A stretch of DNA of 32,000 bases from Microcystis aeruginosa NIES-843 (GCF_000010625.1 NC_010296.1:1770001-1802000), one strand, 5' to 3'. Positions 9,231 to 16,706 are shown, counted from the first letter of the stretch. Notes: generated by a model not told the origin, from the sequence alone. Numbers and translations: made by a program.

Positions 9231-9901
9231 GGTCTGGATTTGCCCAATACATGAATGCTAAAAAATTAACAAAACCTTGATTGACAAGCTGCCACTGGGT
9301 ACACTTTCCCCTTGAAAATGGCTGTACCGTTGGCTGTATCTAGACTAGAGCGATTCCGTAGAGTTGGCTGTATAGTGATCGCTAACCTTATTAACACAGA
9401 TGATGTCATTAATCTCTAGAGTCAGCGATTCCTTCTGTAGCCATGTTTTTGATGGTTTTCTCCCCTGAAACAAGCTATAATGGCAAAAAGGTCAAATTTG
9501 AAAAATTTTGGGCGTTGCTGAATCAAAATATGAATGCCAACTGTGCAGGTTCCCGTGCAAAAGTTAGTTTGGGTCTAGGTTTTAAAAATCCCAGACAAGA
9601 AGATTCCTATCTCAAATCAGCAACCCCAGGATTTCATGGGTATTTCCTCGGTTTGGGTGATTTGAGCTTCTATCAAGAGTTGGCTGAATATCGGTGTAAG
9701 TCTTGCTATCAAAGAGTTTTGGGCTTTTTTGACCAGAAAGTGGCAGAAACAAAGGTTGGGAAATCAAAATAAGCTAAGAGGTTTATCCTTTTACAATGTG
9801 ATCACTAAACTGTTCCGCAGTTCCGTCGTTCCCGAAAAGAAAAACTTTGTACTTCACCATTAAGATAACTGCTATAGTATCGAGGAAAACTAGAATTGTC
9901 T

Positions 9902-10225
9902 ATGAACACATTTACCCCCCATCAAATTGTTAGTTTATTCTGCAAAAATCGAACTTTATACGGAGAAGTAATTCAGGTGATCGAAAGTCGTTCGGCTCTT
10001 TGGGTGCGTCCTCTTTGGTTAATTGTAGCCGATAGTTTTGAGACAATTGATGTGCGGGAAGGTTCCGATTTAATCCTGCCGATGGACTTATTTAAACCCG
10101 CCTTAGACACGGAAGTTTTACCCCTATTCTCCCAAGTTATTAAAGATAATTATATCACTAATATCTCCTATCCTCTCCAGGAATTTGTGCGGAAAGTGTG
10201 TCAAAATTATCCCGAATATTTTTAG
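9902..10225 (+). CDS. Hypothetical protein
   Basis: ORF with an ATG at 9902 (the track start 9896 is TTG). It ends 8 nt before the aldolase-like gene start, suggesting co-transcription. No recognisable motif. Confidence 0.45.
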   Translation: MNTFTPHQIVSLFCKNRTLYGEVIQVIESRSALWVRPLWLIVADSFETIDVREGSDLILPMDLFKPALDTEVLPLFSQVIKDNYITNISYPLQEFVRKVCQNYPEYF

Positions 10226-10233
10226 AAAAATTT

Positions 10234-10845
10234 ATGATTGATGAAGGTTACGTTAAATATAATTGTACTTGGATTCCTGACCGTCCCTTAGCAAGCTCAG
10301 AAATTGCAGAATTAAATTATTGGCGCAATCGGCTCTATCGACTGGGATTAATCGGTCAATACGATAACGGAATCGGTTTTGGGAATGTGAGTCAACGAGG
10401 AAAAATAGACAAAAAAATTATTATTTCTGGCACTAATACTGGAGGGATTCCAGTATTAAATGAATCCCATTACACCACAGTTATAGACTACAATTGGCAA
10501 GAAAATCGGGTCACTTGTCGGGGAACAATTGCCGCTTCTTCGGAAACTCTCACCCATGGAGCAATTTATGAAGCGAATCCCCAGATTAATGGGGTGATTC
10601 ATATTCATCATCGCCCCCTGTGGCAAAATTTGATGTATCGAGTGCCGACCACTCAAGAAAATATCGCCTATGGAACCCCAGACATGGCCGCAGAAATTAT
10701 CCGTTTATGTCAAGAAGAGCGTCTAGAGGAGCAACAAATTTTAGTGATGAGTGGTCATGAAGAAGGAATTATCGCCTTTGGTCAAGATTTAGAAAAAGCG
10801 GGCAAATTATTATTATCCTATTACTGGCAATCTCAAGCATCTTGA
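10234..10845 (+). CDS. Class II aldolase/adducin-family protein
   Basis: ISGTNTGG...ASSETLTHGAIYEANPQINGVIHIHH fits the class II aldolase/adducin head domain with its metal-binding His cluster. The ATG at 10234 avoids overlap with the upstream ORF. Confidence 0.8.
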   Translation: MIDEGYVKYNCTWIPDRPLASSEIAELNYWRNRLYRLGLIGQYDNGIGFGNVSQRGKIDKKIIISGTNTGGIPVLNESHYTTVIDYNWQENRVTCRGTIAASSETLTHGAIYEANPQINGVIHIHHRPLWQNLMYRVPTTQENIAYGTPDMAAEIIRLCQEERLEEQQILVMSGHEEGIIAFGQDLEKAGKLLLSYYWQSQAS

Positions 10846-11014
10846 AAGTGACCTCCTCTCCAACTCACCACCAGGGAGAAAAAAGTAGTTTTGATTTAGT
10901 CGTTTTCATGTTAACTTATTCTGTAGATTTTCGTCTTTGAGGAATGCCATCGTGATCGACATCTTCCATCATCTATCTGTCTCGATCGACTTTTCGCCCC
11001 TTACCAATGTCTTG

Positions 11015-11155
11015 ATGACTATTTCGGAGCAAGACGTGGATATCATCGGCAATGTCCAGAAATCCTTCTCAAATTTTGTCAAAACTGGGCAAGCATGGGC
11101 CTTATTAATCGGTTTGGTTGTCGGTTATATGTTTCGAGGTTTTACTTCTTATTAG
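11015..11155 (+). CDS. Possible small tail-anchored membrane protein (46 aa)
   Basis: The ATG at 11015 gives MTISEQDVDIIGNVQKSFSNFVKTGQAWALLIGLVVGYMFRGFTSY, with one clear C-terminal TM helix. The longer 10937 start uses a non-ATG codon. Support is weak. Confidence 0.3.
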   Translation: MTISEQDVDIIGNVQKSFSNFVKTGQAWALLIGLVVGYMFRGFTSY

Positions 11156-11324
11156 CTTTTCGCCTATCAGCATTCAGCCAGAGTGAGCAATTCTTGCTAT
11201 TCTTATGCTTGTAGGGTTGGAGATTTTTCTAACCTGAAGCGGTAATGCTATCAGCAGCGGATTATTCCCCAAAATTGTCCAGCATATTTTGGTTAACTTT
11301 ATACACAATCATCTAACGAAAACA

Positions 11325-12725
11325 GTGACAGCAAAGAAAACTTGGAGCGATCGCTTTGAAGGTAGTCTCCATCCTACGATCGTGGAATTTAACGCCAGTA
11401 TTGGCTTTGATATCGAATTAATCGAGTATGATCTCACCGGATCAATCGCTCACGCTAAAATGCTCGCCTATACGGGTATTATCAGTCCCGAAGAAGCAGA
11501 TAGTCTCGTCTCTGGATTGGAACAAATTCGTCAAGAATACCGCACCGGCAACTTTAACCCCGGCATCGATCAAGAGGACGTGCATTTTGCCGTAGAACGT
11601 CGTTTAACCGAGATTGTGGGAGATGTGGGCAAAAAACTGCACACGGCCCGTTCGCGCAACGATCAGGTAGGAACGGATATACGTCTGTATCTTAGACAAC
11701 AAATCGATGATATTAGGCAAGAAATTCGCAATTTTCAGCAAGCTTTAGTCAATCACGCCGAAAACCATCTGGAAACCCTGATCCCCGGTTACACCCACCT
11801 ACAGCGCGCTCAACCGATTAGTTTAGCCCATCATCTCCTCGCTTATTTTCAAATGGCCGAACGGGATCACCAAAGATTAGGGCAAATTCGCGCCAGGACT
11901 AATATTTCGCCCCTAGGATGTGGTGCTTTAGCGGGGACGACTTTTCCTATTGATCGTCATTACAGCGCCAATTTACTCGATTTTGAGCAGGTGTATAACA
12001 ATAGTCTCGATGGAGTTAGCGATCGAGATTTTGCCATTGAATTTATGACGGCCGCTAGTCTGATTATGGTCCACCTGAGCCGTTTGAGCGAAGAAATGAT
12101 TCTCTGGGCTTCCCAAGAATTTAGTTTTATCACTCTCACCGATAGTTGTGCCACGGGATCTAGCATTATGCCCCAGAAAAAAAACCCCGATGTTCCCGAA
12201 TTGGTGCGCGGCAAAACAGGGCGGGTTTTTGGGCATTTACAGGCGTTATTGACCTTAATGAAGGGTTTACCCCTAGCCTATAACAAAGACTTGCAGGAGG
12301 ACAAGGAGGCGTTATTTGATGGCGTTAAAACCGTGCGGATTTGTTTGCAAGCGATGACGGTACTTTTAGCCACCGGAATTCAATTTAAAACCGACCGATT
12401 AGCTAATGCGGTGGCGGAAGATTTTTCTAATGCAACGGATGTGGCGGATTATTTAGCCAGTAAGGGGATTCCCTTCCGAGAAGCTTATAATTTAGTCGGG
12501 AAAGTCGTTAAAAGCAGTTTGGCAGCGGGTAAGTTATTGAAAGATTTAACCCTGACCGAATGGCAAGAATTACATCCAGCTTTTGAGGCCGATATCTACG
12601 ACGCGATCGCTCCTCGTCAGGTGGTAGCGGCCCGTAATAGCTATGGTGGCACAGGTTTTGAAGAAGTGCGATCGGCTTTAATTCAAGCTAAAGCCATTCT
12701 CGATCATCGGAAATTTTGGGTCTGA
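11325..12725 (+). CDS. argH: Argininosuccinate lyase
   Basis: Full-length match to the ArgH/fumarate-lyase pattern: KTWSDRFE N-terminus, [19 protein letters not shown] and the signature [12 protein letters not shown]. The start is probably the GTG at 11325 (466 aa); the track start 11289 is TTG. The last ~8 codons lie inside the repeat element at 12702-13061. Confidence 0.95.
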   Translation: MTAKKTWSDRFEGSLHPTIVEFNASIGFDIELIEYDLTGSIAHAKMLAYTGIISPEEADSLVSGLEQIRQEYRTGNFNPGIDQEDVHFAVERRLTEIVGDVGKKLHTARSRNDQVGTDIRLYLRQQIDDIRQEIRNFQQALVNHAENHLETLIPGYTHLQRAQPISLAHHLLAYFQMAERDHQRLGQIRARTNISPLGCGALAGTTFPIDRHYSANLLDFEQVYNNSLDGVSDRDFAIEFMTAASLIMVHLSRLSEEMILWASQEFSFITLTDSCATGSSIMPQKKNPDVPELVRGKTGRVFGHLQALLTLMKGLPLAYNKDLQEDKEALFDGVKTVRICLQAMTVLLATGIQFKTDRLANAVAEDFSNATDVADYLASKGIPFREAYNLVGKVVKSSLAAGKLLKDLTLTEWQELHPAFEADIYDAIAPRQVVAARNSYGGTGFEEVRSALIQAKAILDHRKFWV

Positions 12726-13061
12726 AACCCCGCCGTTCTAGGTTGGCTTTACGTTAGAATTAAAAGGCCAGTCTCGAAAACCAAGTGGACGGCGCAGCAC
12801 CTTGAAAACTCGGCTTAGGGGGTTCCGACCAGAAAAGCTTGGCTGGGTAAAAAGTCGCGCGCAACAAGTACAAGAAGCTATAGGCGGTCAACGTACCGTG
12901 GGACACACGGAATCGGGCTTCTGAAATGGGGCGAAAGTCTGTGGACTCTGTGTAAGACAGTACATGGTTTTTTAACTGTGGTATGCGACGGTGGTGGAAG
13001 CAGAAACTTAAATCGTGAGGTTTAGGAATCGCCGCACTTTTAGGGCGGCGAGGATGTCAAG
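12702..13061 (+). mobile_element. tnpB-less IS200/IS605-type mini-element (left end + tnpB relics + omega-RNA/right-end region), copy A
   Basis: Homologous end to end with 17054-17418(-). Shared 5' block: GATyATCG-AAAwTTTGGGT--AAACCCCGyC-TTyTAGG--GGCTTTA. Shared internal TAGGGGGTT / CAGAAAAG. Shared 3' block: AGGAATC-CCG..hairpin..GGCGGyGAGGATGTCAAG. It has no intact ORF, but frames contain tnpB-like relics (..QRTVGHTESG.., ..ESPHF*GGEDVK). Confidence 0.5.
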
Positions 13062-13166
13062 ATTGATATTGTTAGGGGTTGGGGGATAGGTGTTAGGCAA
13101 TAGGCAATAGGCAAAAGTCCTAACTCCAGTAATCCCGTCCCCTTTTTTTATTTTTTAGCTTTATAT

Positions 13167-13622
13167 ATGGGTCGTGTTTGGTATTTTATTAAAAGTGTTA
13201 TGGGAATTATCTTTCGTCATCCTGTAACTGGGGTGACAATGATTCCGCTGCTTGCTGATGGTACAATTGTTTTAATCCGACGCAGAGACACCGGCAAATG
13301 GGCCTTACCGGGGGGAATGATCGATTGGGGGGAAGATATTTTTAATACTGCTCAAAGGGAATTAAAAGAGGAAACAGGATTAAATTTAGTCAGTTTAGGG
13401 CGTTTAGTCGGGGTTTATTCCTCTTTTGAGCGTGATCCGCGCATTCACTCCATTTCATTGTTAATTGAAGTTACAGCTGCGGGTAATTTTCAGATCAAAG
13501 ATACATTAGAAGTTAGTGAGGTGAGAGCTTTTAGCGTCGAAACTTTACCTCTAGGCAATCTCAGTCACGACAATGGTCGCCAACTAGAAGATTATCTCAG
13601 GGGTGCCACTGTAGTGGCTTGA
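13167..13622 (+). CDS. NUDIX hydrolase
   Basis: Nudix box GGMIDWGEDIFNTAQRELKEETGL (Gx5Ex7REUxEExGU) is present. 151 aa. Confidence 0.88.
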   Translation: MGRVWYFIKSVMGIIFRHPVTGVTMIPLLADGTIVLIRRRDTGKWALPGGMIDWGEDIFNTAQRELKEETGLNLVSLGRLVGVYSSFERDPRIHSISLLIEVTAAGNFQIKDTLEVSEVRAFSVETLPLGNLSHDNGRQLEDYLRGATVVA

Positions 13623-13646
13623 TTTTTTCCTAGTATCTGCCACCCT

Positions 13647-13722
13647 AAGTAGCTGGTTATAATTAAATTAAAAATAGATTTTAGGTTCGATCCCCCCCAA
13701 CCCCCCTTAAAAAGGGGGGAGA
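13647..13722 (-). repeat. Partial MITE-like element (tail + one C/G hairpin), inverted relative to the copy at 16475-16690
   Basis: The reverse complement of 13647-13699 matches 16638-16689 with 3 mismatches over ~51 nt (gggggatcgaacctaaaRtcYatttttMatttaattataaccagctactta). It is followed by the hairpin ccccccttaaaaagggggg. Confidence 0.75.
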
Positions 13723-13737
13723 AGAGTTCATAGTAGG

Positions 13738-13799
13738 GTGGGTTAGACGGCAACAATCTAGGCGTTAAAGTCAATCTAACAATCCGTCGTAACCCACCG
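13738..13799. repeat. Long-range hairpin repeat GGTGGGTTAGACGG...CCGTCGTAACCCACC
   Basis: Near-perfect 14-15 bp inverted repeat with a ~33-nt loop. A related GGATGGGTTAGCGG motif (reverse strand) occurs at ~27345-27372. Confidence 0.6.
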
Positions 13800-13881
13800 T
13801 TTTAGTCCACCGAAAGGATGTTTGATTTATGTTTGAAAATAAGATTGATCTGGTTTTACACGCGTTAAAGGAGATGTTGGG

Positions 13882-15054
13882 ATGATCATGATCTATCCAT
13901 CAGAAATCACAAAGAAGTGGCCTCACCGCCCTTTGTCAGAAGTCGTTGATTTCCTCGATAGTAAGAGAAAACCAATTACTCAAAAAGATCGAGTGCCTGG
14001 ACCATATCCATATTATGGAGCTAATGGTCAGCAGGACTCCGTGGCCGATTATATCTTTGATGAGCCTCTTGTACTTTTAGCGGAAGACGGAGGGCATTTT
14101 GGGGATGCTGATAAGACTATTGCTTATCAAGTGGAGGGAAAATGTTGGGTTAACAATCACGCTCATGTTTTGCGACCCAAAAAAGATGTCGATATTAGAT
14201 ACATCTGCCGTCATTTAGAAAGATATGACGTTACCCCGTTTATTACTGGAAGTACACGAGGGAAGCTAACTAAGACTGCGGCTAATAATATTCCTATTGC
14301 TCTCCCACCCCTCGAAGAACAGCGAAGAATTGCGGCAATTTTAGATAAAGCGGATGGGGTGCGACGCAAGCGCAAAGAGGCAATTAGGTTGACTGATGAG
14401 TTGTTAAAATCGACTTTCCTAGAGATGTTCGGTGATCCCGTTACTAATCCGAAAGGGTGGGAGGTTAGAGAACTAGGTGATTGTGTCAAGGATATTGAAT
14501 CGGGTTGGAGTCCTAAATGTGATACGCGACAAGCCGAACCTGAAGAATGGGGTGTTTTGAAATTGGGGGCAGTAACATACGGGCATTTTAATCCTGATGA
14601 AAACAAAGCTATGCTACCAGATGACGTTCCTCGACAGGAATTGGAGATCAAGACAGGTGATTTATTGGTTACTAGAAAGAACACTTATGAATTAGTTGGC
14701 GCTTCTGCTTTTGTACAGATGACTCGCCCCAAATTAATGCTACCAGACTTGATTTTTAGGCTTCGATTAATAGACGGAATAGATCCAGTGTATGTGTGGC
14801 AAACCCTCAGCCAAAAAACAATGCGTCTTAAGTTGAGTGGATTGGCTGGAGGTACAGCAGGTTCTATGCCAAATATTTCAAAAGCGAGACTTCGTACTTT
14901 ACCATTTCCGGTTCCGCCACAACTGCTTCAGTTGAAGTATAGGGAAATTTTCAATCAATTTTGGCTCAAAAAAGAGCATCAGAAAGAGTCGGAAGAAATT
15001 TCCGAAAATCTCTTTAATTCCCTTTTACAAAGGGCATTTAGGGGGGAACTGTAG
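13882..15054 (+). CDS. hsdS: Type I restriction-modification specificity subunit (HsdS), two target-recognition domains, orphan
   Basis: 390 aa with the two conserved HsdS spacer regions (LPPLEEQRRIAAILDKADGVRRKRKEAIRLTDELLKSTFLEMF and LPFPVPPQLLQ...NLFNSLLQRAFRGEL) separating two variable TRDs. No hsdM or hsdR is in the window. Confidence 0.9.
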   Translation: MIMIYPSEITKKWPHRPLSEVVDFLDSKRKPITQKDRVPGPYPYYGANGQQDSVADYIFDEPLVLLAEDGGHFGDADKTIAYQVEGKCWVNNHAHVLRPKKDVDIRYICRHLERYDVTPFITGSTRGKLTKTAANNIPIALPPLEEQRRIAAILDKADGVRRKRKEAIRLTDELLKSTFLEMFGDPVTNPKGWEVRELGDCVKDIESGWSPKCDTRQAEPEEWGVLKLGAVTYGHFNPDENKAMLPDDVPRQELEIKTGDLLVTRKNTYELVGASAFVQMTRPKLMLPDLIFRLRLIDGIDPVYVWQTLSQKTMRLKLSGLAGGTAGSMPNISKARLRTLPFPVPPQLLQLKYREIFNQFWLKKEHQKESEEISENLFNSLLQRAFRGEL

Positions 15055-15332
15055 CCATGACAGCTGGCGGATTACTGCCATAATCTTGTGGGAAATGCCA
15101 TTAAAAAAGACCGTTGGACAATTAACCAAGATTCAGCTACCGCTGCGACGTCCTCAACAACGTCGGTTTTCGGGTAGTCTGCGTATTCGGGAGAACTCTC
15201 TAACCCTTTTTCTCTTTTTTTCCCTTTTTACCCTCATTCTCTATTTTTTCTTTTTTCTTTTATTTCCTGCTCTTAGACGGGTCGATTTTTTTGAGAAAAT
15301 GGCGTTAATGTTAAATTTTATTAAGGCAATGA

Positions 15333-15398
15333 AAGAATTATCGGTTATCAGTTGGGAAGGTGGTGTTATATTATGGGTAGTAAAGTTGCTCAAAAAGC
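15333..15398 (+). repeat. 66-nt direct repeat, copy 1 (partner at 16321-16386)
   Basis: aagaRttatcggttatcagttgggaaggtggtgtKatattatgggtagtaaagttgctcaaaaagc, with 2 mismatches between copies. It ends 12 nt before the ATG at 15410. Confidence 0.9.
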
Positions 15399-15409
15399 CA
15401 GCTACAACC

Positions 15410-15655
15410 ATGAGCGCTCTTGTCAAACCCTCTAGCCTGATTCCCAAAGGATTGCGGGTGCAACAGATTAATAATCTCACCCTATTCAAATTTACAGATG
15501 AACTGGGCGATCGGATGCAGACGCTTCTTGACAAGAAAAAAGCTGATGATCTCACCCCGGAGGAAGTCCTTGAGCTAGAAGCGATTGGCGAACTCGACCA
15601 AATTTTCAGCTACATCAACGCTGTCATTGCCGCCAGAGTAAATGGTCATTCCTAA
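15410..15655 (+). CDS. Small hypothetical protein (81 aa) translationally coupled to the HNH gene
   Basis: ATG at 15410 (MSALVKPSSLIPKGLRVQQINNLTLFKFTDELGDRMQTLLDKKKADDLTPEEVLELEAIGELDQIFSYINAVIAARVNGHS). The longer 15086 ORF runs through a polypyrimidine tract and the repeat, so it is probably an over-extension. Its 3' end overlaps the HNH start by 14 nt. Confidence 0.55.
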   Translation: MSALVKPSSLIPKGLRVQQINNLTLFKFTDELGDRMQTLLDKKKADDLTPEEVLELEAIGELDQIFSYINAVIAARVNGHS

Positions 15656-16103
15656 ATCGCTTTACCATATTGTTCGACAACGCGCTAGGTTCCGGTGTGA
15701 ATACTGTCACTATCCCGAACTCCTCAGTTCCGCCCCTCTTTCGATCGACCATATTCAACCCCAATCCCTCGGTGGTAGCGATACGCTGGACAACCTCGCC
15801 CTAGCCTGTCGTCGTTGCAATGAAAGGCGTTATAACTTCACAACGGGGATTGACCCAGAAACCGAGGCAGAAGCTTCACTGTTCAACCCACGCCAGCAAA
15901 TATGGTCAGAGCATTTTCTGTGGTCGGCGGATGCCTTGAAAATTATCGGCAAAACTCCATCAGGACGCGCCACCTGCCACCGCCTAGATTTGAATGATGA
16001 ACGTCGTGAAGAACCCTTTATCCAGAATGCCCGACGGCAATGGATAGCCGGCCAACTCCATCCACCCAAGGATGACCCACGACAAGAAATTAGTGAGACT
16101 TAA
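15642..16103 (+). CDS. HNH endonuclease (McrA-like small HNH)
   Basis: CEYCHYP...SIDHIQPQSLGGSDTLDNLALACRRCNERR is a complete HNH/zinc-finger motif. 153 aa. Confidence 0.88.
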   Translation: MVIPKSLYHIVRQRARFRCEYCHYPELLSSAPLSIDHIQPQSLGGSDTLDNLALACRRCNERRYNFTTGIDPETEAEASLFNPRQQIWSEHFLWSADALKIIGKTPSGRATCHRLDLNDERREEPFIQNARRQWIAGQLHPPKDDPRQEISET

Positions 16104-16276
16104 GGCGTGGTTTAAAAAAGGTTGATCGGGAGTAACAAAAGCTTAATCCTGATTATTTATTTCCCTTTTTGCCTTTTGCATGATACCATTTTTCTTTATT
16201 TGCGTCACAACGAATGAAGGTTTGGCAAGCATTCGAGCGTGGATGTCTGTCATGGATTTAGAAATTTGGTATGAGT

Positions 16277-16309
16277 AGAAAACGGGTTTCTCGGAGAAAC
16301 CCGTTTTCT
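16277..16309. repeat. Perfect 16-bp inverted repeat (AGAAAACGGGTTTCTC g GAGAAACCCGTTTTCT)
   Basis: Read directly. No U-tract follows on either strand. It sits 12 nt upstream of direct-repeat copy 2. Confidence 0.85.
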
Positions 16310-16320
16310 GTGCGTTACTC

Positions 16321-16386
16321 AAGAGTTATCGGTTATCAGTTGGGAAGGTGGTGTGATATTATGGGTAGTAAAGTTGCTCAAAAAGC
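16321..16386 (+). repeat. 66-nt direct repeat, copy 2 (partner at 15333-15398)
   Basis: Same sequence as copy 1 with 2 mismatches. It contains the same ATG GGT AGT AAA GTT GCT CAA AAA GC mini-ORF start (16361). Confidence 0.9.
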
Positions 16387-16474
16387 TGGTCAGTTTGCTA
16401 TTAGAATAGTAAACGCTGATAAATATCTCAGCCCAGAAAAGAAAGAAGTTATCCTGTTATAATAAAGTTAATTG

Positions 16475-16690
16475 ATAAGTAGGTAGGCGTTAAAAATTAT
16501 CAGATGCCCCCTTATCAAGGGGGATCCCCCCGCCTACCGGCACCCCCCTTATCAAGGGGGATCCCCCCGCCTACCGGCACCCCCCTTATCAAGGGGGATC
16601 CCCCCGCCTACCGGCACCCCCCTTATCAAGGGGGGCAGGGGGGATCGAACCTAAAGTCCATTTTTCATTTAATTATAACCAGCTACTTAT
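16475..16690 (+). mobile_element. MITE-like element with inverted ends (ATAAGTAGGT / AGCTACTTAT) carrying a 36-37-nt tandem hairpin array (16507-16645)
   Basis: Ends are inverted repeats. The interior is ~3.5 tandem units of cccccttatcaagggggatccccccgcctaccggca. The tail matches the inverted partial copy at 13647-13699. The left arm (gttaaaaattRtcagatRccccc) matches 27403-27427. Confidence 0.65.
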
Positions 16691-16706
16691 TTGCTTAATT
16701 TAAGTT

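Noticed and set aside
9443-9772. 109-aa ORF on the plus strand
   Set aside because: It has no motif, odd composition and no plausible RBS or context. The region looks like decayed non-coding or relic DNA, so support is insufficient.
12726-13061. Housekeeping structured RNA (RNase P RNA, tmRNA, 6S) in the ORF-free gap after argH
   Set aside because: The conserved RNase P P4 sequence and the tmRNA tRNA-like ends are absent. A homologous second copy at 17054-17418 and tnpB-like frame relics indicate a mobile-element derivative instead.
13681-13700. tRNA-like T-arm motif GGTTCGATCCCCC
   Set aside because: No acceptor, D or anticodon arms can be drawn around it. The motif is part of the repeated MITE tail and is also present inverted at 16640.
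13592-13774. 60-aa ORF(-), and the 64-aa ORF(+) at 16504-16698 sharing GGSNLKSIF.LIITSYL
   Set aside because: The shared peptide simply reflects the inverted MITE tails, and both ORFs run through C/G hairpin repeats.
15086-15409. Upstream 108 codons of the 189-aa ORF
   Set aside because: They give a low-complexity F/L/S translation of the polypyrimidine tract and read through the 66-nt repeat. A good internal ATG at 15410 starts the non-repetitive part.
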